A program made the position numbers and the translations under genes. Of a stretch of 64,000 nt of DNA, positions 45,824 through 54,399 are shown piece after piece (position 1 is the stretch's first letter; every line of letters begins with the position of its first letter). Below the pieces are notes generated by a model. It was given only the letters and a program-made list of their open reading frames with translations. It was not told the DNA's origin and did no database searches. Source of the DNA: a virus (Duplodnaviria > Caudoviricetes); the IMG/VR virus record IMGVR_UViG_3300024181_000003, positions 13,801-77,800 of that record; one strand, written 5' to 3'.

Positions 45824-46228
45824 TCAAGAATTCCACCTTTTAATATACTCCAGAACTTTTAGAAGAAGACCCGGATGATTTTCTTCAAATCCAACAGCGA
45901 AGTTACAATACCAATGAATGAGTTGCCGGACTTTCTTACTTTGATGGTTGTGGTCTGTGTGAGCCTTTCTGAAATTTTCGGGTAGCGGCTCCCCACACAA
46001 TCCGCACAAACCTTCTTGATTTTTATACATTCTTTCTTTGTCGGCCAATGTGATACCGCACACGTATTTTAGATAACGGCCCTGTTTTACGGGGTCTTTT
46101 CTATACGATTCTCTTTTCCGTCTTCTGTCTGCGATTTTTCGGTACTCTTTTCTGTCTCGTATGCGATCGTACGCTCTGGCTTTTTCTTTATCTTTATATG
46201 GCATCAGCTGTTTACTCGCTTTCCCCAA
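45824..46228 (-). CDS. Endonuclease VII-like HNH endonuclease
   Basis: Q.G.CGLC...DHNH...VR.L...CN..VG; AT-rich. Confidence 0.75.
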   Translation of the reverse strand: MGKASKQLMPYKDKEKARAYDRIRDRKEYRKIADRRRKRESYRKDPVKQGRYLKYVCGITLADKERMYKNQEGLCGLCGEPLPENFRKAHTDHNHQSKKVRQLIHWYCNFAVGFEENHPGLLLKVLEYIKRWNS

Positions 46229-46740
46229 CCAGCCGCAAACTTGTTGGTCTGTGGCTTGTTCATCACAACTTTCAAAATGTGTGCAACCAGCGCCGACTTG
46301 TATGAGTTCAGCAACGAGTTCTCCTCGGACTGGTTGATTGCGTTCAGCGTATCTGGTCCGAAACTTCCATCGATCTCGGTGCCGTAGGTCGGGTTGAGCG
46401 TTGCCTGCAACAAACGGACTGCCACGCCGACGCCGAATAGCACGCCCATGTCGAAAAGCTTCTCCGCAATTAACTGGGAGTCGATCTGGGAATAGCCTGT
46501 CTTCCAGTAACCCTCGGCGTACACATCCTCTACCATGTTCTGCAGCGGGACGTCTGTGTCGAGAATCCTCGGGAAGTCTGGGCTGTTCTTGTAATTGTCG
46601 ATGATCTGCCAGCCGGACCAGTTGGCGTGGTTTCTGCGACTGACGCCACGGTACGTTTCACCGCCCGGGTCGCACGGGTCGTTGAGGTAACCGCCCTCGT
46701 TGACCAGAGTCTTGAGAACTGCTTCATGAAAGTTTGCCAT
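46204..46740 (-). CDS. GH108-family lysozyme (endolysin)
   Basis: EGGYLNDPCDPGGETYRG; LFDMGV..G; DGSFGPDTL peptidoglycan-binding motif; GW..R. Confidence 0.85.
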   Translation of the reverse strand: MANFHEAVLKTLVNEGGYLNDPCDPGGETYRGVSRRNHANWSGWQIIDNYKNSPDFPRILDTDVPLQNMVEDVYAEGYWKTGYSQIDSQLIAEKLFDMGVLFGVGVAVRLLQATLNPTYGTEIDGSFGPDTLNAINQSEENSLLNSYKSALVAHILKVVMNKPQTNKFAAGWGKRVNS

Positions 46741-47227
46741 AGTATGTTTCCTTTGTGATCGGGTCCTTATCAACTGCCCGAAAATACTCCTTTTCTTCGA
46801 TGCGCTTAATCCAATTGCAGGTTGGGCAAAGTAGTTGAAATCGCTTCGGGTGTTTCAAAACTTTTTTAAGTATCTGCAGGTTCCACAATTTTAACCGATC
46901 TTTGTTTCCGTTCCCTCTTTTATGATCTATATGTAAAATTCTCAAATCTCTGCAGCCTAACGTCTCATCGTCGTTTAAGTGACGACACTTTGGGTTAGCG
47001 CATTTTCCTCCCAAAAGAGTCAAGACTTGTCTTCGCAGTGCTCGGACGTACGCTCTTGTGTAATCACGCAGTTTAACTCTATTCTTAGCGCTCCATAGCC
47101 TCCGATAGCGTATACAAGACGCACACTGCTTTCTATCCTTAGCCAGTTTTCGCTTTCCACACTGCGGACATAATCCTAGTTTTGTGGCATCCTTTCGTTT
47201 TCTCGCTGCTCGATCTTTGGCTGTCAT
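46724..47227 (-). CDS. HNH endonuclease
   Basis: LGGKC..C...LHIDH..G.G...LLCPTCNWIK; AT-rich. Confidence 0.7.
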   Translation of the reverse strand: MTAKDRAARKRKDATKLGLCPQCGKRKLAKDRKQCASCIRYRRLWSAKNRVKLRDYTRAYVRALRRQVLTLLGGKCANPKCRHLNDDETLGCRDLRILHIDHKRGNGNKDRLKLWNLQILKKVLKHPKRFQLLCPTCNWIKRIEEKEYFRAVDKDPITKETYYGKLS

Positions 47228-47862
47228 TGTTTTTTCGGACCACATGACTGATATTTATCGGGATGTGCAATAAACTTTTGCATTTCTACAGGCGAGTAGT
47301 TCGTATACTCAAGTGCGAACAGGCGCTGCCACGGGTTCTTCAACTGCTTGGTCGGGTCGAATGACAACAGTTCAGCGTCCCGCTCCAATCGTTCCGGCTT
47401 GTGGAAGCCGTCCCAGATATTGTGCAGGTGTCCGTGGATGTTGTAGATTGCGCCTGGTGGCAGGATAGCTGAGGGCTCGTGGGTCAGCCACATCTGGCGG
47501 AACATCAAAGAGTCGCAGGCGAACTGAAAGCCGCCCTTCTGCATCCACCATGTGTTTGACTGCGAGCGGTCGTGGTTACCACGGATGAGAATTTTGGTGC
47601 CGGGCAGGTCGGCGATACGGTCTTCCCGTTTACCGATCAGCACGTCGCCCAAGTGGATAACTAAATCCTCTGGCTTGACGGTACGTTTCCAGTTATTCAA
47701 AACCAGTTCGGTAAAATTGGCCGGACGCTGACAGTAGGTCAGCATGACGCCGCCTTCTTTGTCATGGTTCAGATGCGTATCTGCAATCAAGTATACGTTC
47801 ATATTTTCACTATCCTCAATGTAGCTGTCGTGCCAGTCGCCAATTTTATAGAAGTCCGTCAT
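47224..47862 (-). CDS. Calcineurin-like metallophosphoesterase
   Basis: DTH, HLGD, GNHD, THEP, HGHLH. Confidence 0.85.
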   Translation of the reverse strand: MTDFYKIGDWHDSYIEDSENMNVYLIADTHLNHDKEGGVMLTYCQRPANFTELVLNNWKRTVKPEDLVIHLGDVLIGKREDRIADLPGTKILIRGNHDRSQSNTWWMQKGGFQFACDSLMFRQMWLTHEPSAILPPGAIYNIHGHLHNIWDGFHKPERLERDAELLSFDPTKQLKNPWQRLFALEYTNYSPVEMQKFIAHPDKYQSCGPKKQ

Positions 47863-48307
47863 ACGCCCCGGCCATGAACAGTCGGAACAGTTCAGCTTGG
47901 TAGATCATGCCGTGCCCGGGGTTATGGGTCGGATGCCCTACATAAGTGCTCTCTAGCGCTGCGTGCGCCATCTCGTGCAGCAAGAGCAGGCAAGCGATCG
48001 ACTCAGACCGTCCGTAGGTCGAGTCAATCCAAATCTCGTTGACCGCCGGTCGCCACGCTGCGTCAGCCTCGTGGCACTTGTTGATCTTTCGAAGCTGGGC
48101 CGGGCTGACCAGCCGGACCTTGACCGTCCGGTTGATTCGGTTGCCGAAAAACGTTTCGTTAAAGCCGTGGAACAGAATTTGCATGTCCTTCTCTTTCAGG
48201 ATATGGCGCTTTTCTCGCTTCGGTTTCTTGGCCGAAACGTCAAGCAGCCTGTCTATATCTTCCTTCGTCAGTTTCTTGAATTTCTTTCTGTTCGACTTGA
48301 ACGTCAT
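47846..48307 (-). CDS. SprT-like metalloprotease (soluble)
   Basis: FNETFFG; LLHEMAH...HG..YQ. Confidence 0.7.
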   Translation of the reverse strand: MTFKSNRKKFKKLTKEDIDRLLDVSAKKPKREKRHILKEKDMQILFHGFNETFFGNRINRTVKVRLVSPAQLRKINKCHEADAAWRPAVNEIWIDSTYGRSESIACLLLLHEMAHAALESTYVGHPTHNPGHGMIYQAELFRLFMAGAYDGLL

Positions 48308-48600
48308 AGTTCGGCCCCCTCTGGAAATCTCGTAGTTTTGAATGCAACCTTTTGTCGCTTTTCTTCTTTTTCTTTCTCCTCACGACAAAACCAGCATTGC
48401 TTCAAACCGTCTTCGATCACGCTCTCCAACACGATTCGCTTATCAACGGCCAACTCATACGCTAGTTGGCTCAACTTGATCTCTGTGTTAAACTCCGGGT
48501 GTTTTTGACAGACCACGTAGAATCTGCCCATCGGGTCCGCAGCACTGACACACTGTATCAGACGACCCTTGGAATTTTCGTATTCCCACTGTTGACTCAT
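48304..48600 (-). CDS. Hypothetical protein
   Basis: MSQQWEY...CWFC; ATGA overlaps. Confidence 0.5.
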   Translation of the reverse strand: MSQQWEYENSKGRLIQCVSAADPMGRFYVVCQKHPEFNTEIKLSQLAYELAVDKRIVLESVIEDGLKQCWFCREEKEKEEKRQKVAFKTTRFPEGAEL

Positions 48601-49424
48601 ATCCGTATCCACCTCTCCGGTATTAGATCGCTGGTGTCCATCGACTTGTCGAGGAACCAACGCTTCGGCGCAACGATCACTTGGTCCTGTTTTGTTTCTC
48701 CGAGCCATGCGCCCCACCAACTGAATGAACTGTTTGCCATTACAGCGTGCTGGCAACTAGCCATGAGTGTCAGATCGTGCTCTTCTTGGCCATTGTGGGT
48801 CGTTGTTGTCGGACGGTCGCCGCCGATTACCCGCCACTCGTACGGTAGCTTAAAATTGTCTTGAACCCATGCCGGGTCGTCTGAGAATACGAAGACCTTC
48901 GGGTTGACACGCTGCGCCACCAACTCAAGCGCACCCAAATAGTAGTTCATGTCCATCTCGCCGTGGAATGTGTTGCCGATGTAGTCTGTGCGGCGCACGG
49001 TCAAGAATGTCGAACGCTCACCCGCTTCCCAGATATCCCACATGTCCTTGGCGACCTGTCCACTCGTTGGTCGAGTCTTGGGCAAGAAAATGTGTCGAAT
49101 GTCGGTCGAGTGGTTTTTGAAATACTTTTCAGACTGCCAATAGCCCTCGATGCACATGTTGTCGTGAACTCGTTCGTCGATCTTCGGGTTGTACGCGAAG
49201 CCGCTTTCGTATAGCGTCGGTGCAACACCCGTTACTATCTTCTCTCGAACGCCAACCCAACGGCCAAGCATGTAAACACGTCTGAAATCTGTGCTCTCGA
49301 CGTCTGGCACACGGCTGATGTCCAGCTGCATCTCGACGCCTAGACGCTTGGCTTGTGCGTAGCCCATGCTATATTGAAATAGTTGATTTCCCATCCCACC
49401 TTTAAGGACCACGGTGATGCTCAT
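48597..49424 (-). CDS. GT11 alpha-1,2-fucosyltransferase
   Basis: GGMGNQLFQY, GYWQSEKYF, VRRTDY, FSDD, NSSFSWWGAWL. Confidence 0.9.
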   Translation of the reverse strand: MSITVVLKGGMGNQLFQYSMGYAQAKRLGVEMQLDISRVPDVESTDFRRVYMLGRWVGVREKIVTGVAPTLYESGFAYNPKIDERVHDNMCIEGYWQSEKYFKNHSTDIRHIFLPKTRPTSGQVAKDMWDIWEAGERSTFLTVRRTDYIGNTFHGEMDMNYYLGALELVAQRVNPKVFVFSDDPAWVQDNFKLPYEWRVIGGDRPTTTTHNGQEEHDLTLMASCQHAVMANSSFSWWGAWLGETKQDQVIVAPKRWFLDKSMDTSDLIPERWIRI

Positions 49425-49936
49425 GAGATTCCTCCCTTCCTACGAAGCCAAGCCAATCTTAGTTTTCTTTTGGTTTCTTTAGAAAACTTTCTACCTAACA
49501 AGGCAGCAGAGATTTTGAGTCCGAATCCCTTTGGCTTAGGTTTTCCTTTTTGAGACTTGCTCATTAGCCGTTTTGTTTCTTCGCTGTGCTTAGTGCCCCG
49601 TTTTGCATCTCCGATCTTCTTTCTTGTTTGCGCCGAATGCTTCCCAGCGAGATGCCCACCAAGATCGACGTTGTATCCATTTTGATGGGATAGGGATTGT
49701 AAGCTTTTAATTAACAGTATCTCAGACTTAGAGGCTTCTTTTCTTGTACGAAAACGACTTTCTTCTCCGATAACAAAGTTCTCCACGCCATATTTCCGCA
49801 TCGCTCTATATAGAGGATGGTTTGTTTCTTGTCTCGCTTCGTAGCAATGCTCCCTCCATCGAGATGCCATATCACGAGTCTGTCCAACATACACTTTCCC
49901 GTTTCTGAGATTTTTAATAGTGTAAACAATCCTCAT
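49421..49936 (-). CDS. GIY-YIG homing endonuclease with NUMOD3-like repeats
   Basis: IVYTIKN...VYVGQT; NGYN; HSAQTRKKIG, HSEETKRLMS, FSKETKRKL. Confidence 0.85.
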   Translation of the reverse strand: MRIVYTIKNLRNGKVYVGQTRDMASRWREHCYEARQETNHPLYRAMRKYGVENFVIGEESRFRTRKEASKSEILLIKSLQSLSHQNGYNVDLGGHLAGKHSAQTRKKIGDAKRGTKHSEETKRLMSKSQKGKPKPKGFGLKISAALLGRKFSKETKRKLRLAWLRRKGGIS

Positions 49937-50634
49937 ATCTCATTCCATTTCTCGCCTTTTGCCCTGATTGCTGCGAAGCCCGGGTGTTTGGCGGCCAAGT
50001 ATTTGTACAGCGACTTCTTGTTGTTATCTGCCCAGTTGTTCATGCCTGTGTCGTTGAGTCGATAGTGAAACAACGGCTCGTGGACAACTTCGTGCTTGTA
50101 GCCCTGCTTGAGAATGCGAAGCCACATGTCCCAGTCCTCCCAGCCACGAAGGTTAGGGTCCCAAGGCCCGGCCATAAGAATCGCCTGCGACCGAACCAAC
50201 GACGTCACCGTGATGTTGTTCGCCTGCAGTTCGGATTCGTAGGTCTGTGTCCATGCTGGCGTGATCGTGCCTTCGAGTTTACCGTGGTAGATCATCTCGG
50301 TTGACACGATGCCGACGTTCGGCTCCATTCTCGCAATCGTCTTCTCGACGTAGGTTGGGTCGATGTAGTCGTCTGCATCAAGCGGCAGCACGTAATCGGT
50401 ATAGACCTCGGCGAACGCCGCGTTCCTGCCACCACAGATTCCCCACGGCTCCTCGTTCGGGTTGTACAGATACATAACGCCGTGGTCGCCGCAGACTTCA
50501 AGCGTGCGATCGGTCGAGTGATCGTCGGCCACGATGATGTCGGCGACCTCGTGGGTCTGGGCTATGACACTACGAATCGCACGATCGAGCATATCGGCCA
50601 TGTTGCGGGTCGGGATGATCACTGTGACGTTCAT
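49933..50634 (-). CDS. GT2 glycosyltransferase
   Basis: VTVIIP, DDHSTD, RNAA, LDADD, EDWD.W. Confidence 0.9.
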   Translation of the reverse strand: MNVTVIIPTRNMADMLDRAIRSVIAQTHEVADIIVADDHSTDRTLEVCGDHGVMYLYNPNEEPWGICGGRNAAFAEVYTDYVLPLDADDYIDPTYVEKTIARMEPNVGIVSTEMIYHGKLEGTITPAWTQTYESELQANNITVTSLVRSQAILMAGPWDPNLRGWEDWDMWLRILKQGYKHEVVHEPLFHYRLNDTGMNNWADNNKKSLYKYLAAKHPGFAAIRAKGEKWNEI

Positions 50635-51335
50635 TCGTAGTTCTTCTTTTCCAAGCAGACGAGTCTCGGAGTCATGTTTTCGATTCCCCACTCACGCCAC
50701 TTCGCCTTGTAGTGTTCGCCAGCGTTCTCCGGGTAACAATACTCTGGGGTCAAGACCATGGCAGGCGGATTGTCGTACAGATAACGGTTCAGGTGCGACT
50801 CGTCGTGCCACACCGCCGTGATGCCGTTGTTCAAGTCCACGTAAGTCTTAGCCTCGATCGTGTGCGCCATGTGCCAGAAGCTTGCACGGTTGCCGCCGAC
50901 AAAGCCGCCAGCGAAGTACCAATTCTTAGAGCCTTCGGGAATCCAAGCCTGCGACTCTGATCTGCGCTCTGGCGTGCCCGGCGTTCCTACGTAACCCGGG
51001 TGCAGCGTTGCCGTGATGCCGCTGGCGAAGATTTCCGGGCCGACCGTGTTGACGAATAGCATGTCGATATCGCAATAGAAGATATTGTCGTACATCGCCA
51101 ACGCACGTTTCTCTTGACCGATCAATGTACGGTAGCGCCACAGCGTCTCGTCCGGGAAGCCAAGCGCCGATTTGTAGATCACATGCTCGGCACGGTACGG
51201 GCAACCAACTGCCGGACGGTCAACGAACAGCACAACCTCGTGCTCAACGAAGTGCTTCCGGGCAGACGCCAACAGCGGCTCGATAAACTTCTGATATCGA
51301 TCGCCGGTCGCTATGACGCACAGTGCCGTTCTCAT
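50631..51335 (-). CDS. GT6 (ABO-like alpha-1,3-Gal/GalNAc transferase)
   Basis: IATG.Y..F, DID, LHPGY, YFAGGFVGG, WHDESHLNRY, L.PEYC. Confidence 0.9.
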   Translation of the reverse strand: MRTALCVIATGDRYQKFIEPLLASARKHFVEHEVVLFVDRPAVGCPYRAEHVIYKSALGFPDETLWRYRTLIGQEKRALAMYDNIFYCDIDMLFVNTVGPEIFASGITATLHPGYVGTPGTPERRSESQAWIPEGSKNWYFAGGFVGGNRASFWHMAHTIEAKTYVDLNNGITAVWHDESHLNRYLYDNPPAMVLTPEYCYPENAGEHYKAKWREWGIENMTPRLVCLEKKNYE

Positions 51336-52015
51336 CGATTCTCCGAGTGCATCTCTTCCATCCACTTGAACTTCGGGTCATACGTGCTGCCACCGAATTT
51401 CGCCTGAGGGAAGTGCAGCGAGTATTCGCCGTGGTTGAAACTCTTGCCTGTGATCTCGCCTGCCATGATGAGCGGTGACAGCACCTGACCGACCCACAAG
51501 TCTTCGGCCCAGCTGGTCGGCGCTTCGTAGTGCAGCAGGCCGATGGCTCGCTGGCTCAGATAATAGCCCCAGCCGCCGCTGGCCCAAGCGTAACACTTCG
51601 GGTGCTTCTCGACAAAGCCGTTGCGGTCAGGCGCATCGTAGTAAAACGTTGTGCCGAACTGGCGACCGAAGACCCCGGCGTAGTCGTAGCTCTCGAATCC
51701 GGTCTTGAGAACCGCACGCTTGACGTAGGTATCGGTGTCGCACAGAAAAATGTTATCGACCATTTTGCCGCTGGCCCAGCGAACGATCGCACGGGTCTTG
51801 TACGGCAGCCCGTTGTAGTCGTCCGGTGCATCGACAGCCACCTCGTCTTTCTCGTAGCGAATGATGTTGGTTGGGTGCGTACTTTTGCCGACGAAAAAGC
51901 GAGTCTCGACGCCGAGCGACTTGAGGGTCTGGCCCCAAGTTTGGCGGATGATCTGGTGGTAGCCACGCTCACGATCTTGCTGGCAGGATTTAACGCAAAC
52001 CATTAGGGGTGACAC
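51332..52015 (-). CDS. GT31-like beta-1,3-glycosyltransferase
   Basis: IRQTWG, DDY..L..KT, CDTDTYV, SGG.GY.LS, EDLWVG; GTG start behind GGAGG. Confidence 0.8.
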   Translation of the reverse strand: MSPLMVCVKSCQQDRERGYHQIIRQTWGQTLKSLGVETRFFVGKSTHPTNIIRYEKDEVAVDAPDDYNGLPYKTRAIVRWASGKMVDNIFLCDTDTYVKRAVLKTGFESYDYAGVFGRQFGTTFYYDAPDRNGFVEKHPKCYAWASGGWGYYLSQRAIGLLHYEAPTSWAEDLWVGQVLSPLIMAGEITGKSFNHGEYSLHFPQAKFGGSTYDPKFKWMEEMHSENR

Positions 52016-52859
52016 GCTTGACCTCCTTGGGTCTCGGCTGATTAAAGCCATAGAACTCTTTCAGGTTTCTCTTCTGCATGAAAAGGTTGTGGCCCTGCTG
52101 CGCCCGGGCACGCAACTTGTGATAGTCCGGGTGTATATAAATCTCGTTGTCGGACTTTATCGTCTCGATCTTTGCGTTCTCAATCCAGACAACCAGCTTG
52201 CCTGCCAGTTTCAGATCGAGGAACCAGTCGGCGTGCTCTCCACCGATCGGTCGAATGTTCTCATCCCACGGTACGTCCTTGAACAATTGGGACCGGCCCA
52301 TAAAATAATTAATGCCCATATCGACCCGCCATGCCGGGTACGGCTTGAGGATGGTCGGGTTTTCCCACCCACGGTCGAGAAGCTGCAGGGCGATGTACTC
52401 GTTCGGCTCGTAGAGAAGATGGCCTTCGTAGCGCATGTTCTCGTAGGTTCCGACAACCAGATCGACGTTATCGTTGCCGTCCAGCGTATCGACCATCCGT
52501 TCGATGCCCTCGCGGACATACTTCAAACTGAAATCATAGTCGTCCGACGCCACGATCGTGTACCGATCACCAGCCACGTCGTTGACTGCGCCAGCACCAG
52601 CATTGCGCTTGGCGGTCAGGCCGCTGTCGTACGGCAGTTCGAACCACTCGTGGTACAGCGTGTTGCCTATGTACGGGCCGCTTTTTCGAACAGCCTCGCC
52701 GACACGCCAAACAGCGTTGTAACTTTCTTCCTTATCATCTGCTGCAACGATCACCTCGACCTCGGGCAAATTCTTCCGAATGCCACGAAGGCACTCCACC
52801 AGATAACCTGTGCGGTGGAATGCCGTCACGACGATCGAAAGCTTGTGGAGGTCAGCCAT
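51990..52859 (-). CDS. GT2-like glycosyltransferase
   Basis: SIVVTAFHR..L, VIVAADD, KRN.G, SDDYD, GEHADWF. Confidence 0.75.
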   Translation of the reverse strand: MADLHKLSIVVTAFHRTGYLVECLRGIRKNLPEVEVIVAADDKEESYNAVWRVGEAVRKSGPYIGNTLYHEWFELPYDSGLTAKRNAGAGAVNDVAGDRYTIVASDDYDFSLKYVREGIERMVDTLDGNDNVDLVVGTYENMRYEGHLLYEPNEYIALQLLDRGWENPTILKPYPAWRVDMGINYFMGRSQLFKDVPWDENIRPIGGEHADWFLDLKLAGKLVVWIENAKIETIKSDNEIYIHPDYHKLRARAQQGHNLFMQKRNLKEFYGFNQPRPKEVKRVTPNGLR

Positions 52860-53784
52860 GCCGTGGGCCCACGCCTATGATTACACTTTCATTTCTACGA
52901 AGAACGCCGTCGACTAGCGTCCGGGCTTGCTGCAGCGGTAAAGTAAATCCGGCTGCATTCTTGTGCCCACCGCCATCCAGTGACGAAGCGATTTTGCTGA
53001 CATCGAAGTCACCGATGCTGCGGAGCGAGAACTGAACTAAGCCATCGCCACGCTCGAACCACGTCATGCCATAGTCTGCCAGCCCGGCCAGCACGTTGCC
53101 GATTTCGCTGCAGTTCAGATAAGTGACGTTGAGCACGGCCACGGTGTCGCCGTCAAGCGTTCCCATCTGCGTGTGCTTTACCGCTTCACGAACATAGTGT
53201 TCGATGTGGGCCAGTGCGCCTGCGCCCAGAGAGACAGCATCGCTTTCATCCAAATCCAAAAGAACGTCCCACGCTTCGAACGTGAACGGCAAAGTGCCGA
53301 TGTATGCATTGATCTCTTTCGAGTTTGTCAACTTCCAGTTCCAAAGATCACGGTCCTCGACATAGTCAACGTACCACGGACGCTCTGCACCGTCATTGCG
53401 TCTCTCGCCTCGTGCGTTTGGCAAGCCACTGTCCCTGCCGAACAGGTAATCCCACGTCAAACCTGCGCCGCTTCGCTTCATGTCAAATACGATCTTGGCG
53501 CATGCGGCCTGTGGCAGACCACCGATCTTCGATTCAGCCGTTTTATGGTGGTCGAGAATCATCGTGTACGAAGCTGCGTCGATCAGAGCGATGTTTTGCT
53601 CTTTGGTCGGCAATGAAAAATCGGTCATGAGAACTCGTTTACCACGGCAGTGCTCGATCAGTTCATCGATGCCCGTCTGACCATGGGCACGGAAGATCAC
53701 CTCAGCATCCGGGTACTTCTTCTTTGCGATGTATGCCGCACAGAACCCATCCGGGCACGCTGCGTGTGAGATGATTATGTCCAT
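52852..53784 (-). CDS. DHH/DHHA1 phosphoesterase
   Basis: H..CPDG..AA, LDHH, SLRS, GGGHKNAAG. Confidence 0.85.
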   Translation of the reverse strand: MDIIISHAACPDGFCAAYIAKKKYPDAEVIFRAHGQTGIDELIEHCRGKRVLMTDFSLPTKEQNIALIDAASYTMILDHHKTAESKIGGLPQAACAKIVFDMKRSGAGLTWDYLFGRDSGLPNARGERRNDGAERPWYVDYVEDRDLWNWKLTNSKEINAYIGTLPFTFEAWDVLLDLDESDAVSLGAGALAHIEHYVREAVKHTQMGTLDGDTVAVLNVTYLNCSEIGNVLAGLADYGMTWFERGDGLVQFSLRSIGDFDVSKIASSLDGGGHKNAAGFTLPLQQARTLVDGVLRRNESVIIGVGPRHG

Positions 53785-54041
53785 GTCTTGTCCTCTGGGC
53801 CGCAGGTGCAGCCGTCTTCGTTAATTTTTATTTTTCGGAACGCCAGCTCTTCTCTGATGCCTTTCGTTTTGTAATCCACAACCCAGCCGCCGACTGGCTC
53901 AGACGACCAGCCGCACATCATGAAGTGGAAAATCTTATCCAGAAGTTTCAAAAGTTCTTCTGTCTCCATGCCACGATAATTGGCTTCGACATGCTTATAC
54001 TTCGGCCAATCGGTCAGTATGATTTTAGAACTTTTTTCCAT
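53775..54041 (-). CDS. Hypothetical protein
   Basis: AT-rich 88-aa ORF with GGAAAG RBS. Confidence 0.45.
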   Translation of the reverse strand: MEKSSKIILTDWPKYKHVEANYRGMETEELLKLLDKIFHFMMCGWSSEPVGGWVVDYKTKGIREELAFRKIKINEDGCTCGPEDKTWT

Positions 54042-54399
54042 TCTTTCCCTTCCGGTGTTCGACTGTATGATCTTTTCGAATCGCATTAAAAGCCATCTTC
54101 TCGACGTATGCGCCGCCCAAATCCAGACCGTGCCCGGCACAGTAGTCGAGGATGCGGATGAGTGCGTCTGCCATCTCGACCTCTTCCATCGAACGGTGCG
54201 GCAGCTTGTCGTCGGGCAGGTTCTTGCGGTGCCCTTCCATGGCCTCGGCGATCTCGCTAACAATCAACATCATCATCTCGGCCTTGTTGCGTTTGAGCGG
54301 TGCGCCCGATTCGAGATCGACCCACCACTTCTTGTTGGCTGCGTGAACCTCCTGCGCCAGCTTGTTGATTACCCGTGCTTGAATTTTGTTATCCGCCAC
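54025..54399 (-). CDS. MazG-like nucleotide pyrophosphohydrolase
   Basis: SEIAEAMEG.R...EVEMADALIRILD. Confidence 0.8.
   Translation of the reverse strand: MADNKIQARVINKLAQEVHAANKKWWVDLESGAPLKRNKAEMMMLIVSEIAEAMEGHRKNLPDDKLPHRSMEEVEMADALIRILDYCAGHGLDLGGAYVEKMAFNAIRKDHTVEHRKGKNGKKF

Noticed and set aside
45799-45827. TTGACA promoter candidates here and at 45218 and 56981
   Set aside because: No acceptable -10 at 16-18 nt spacing.
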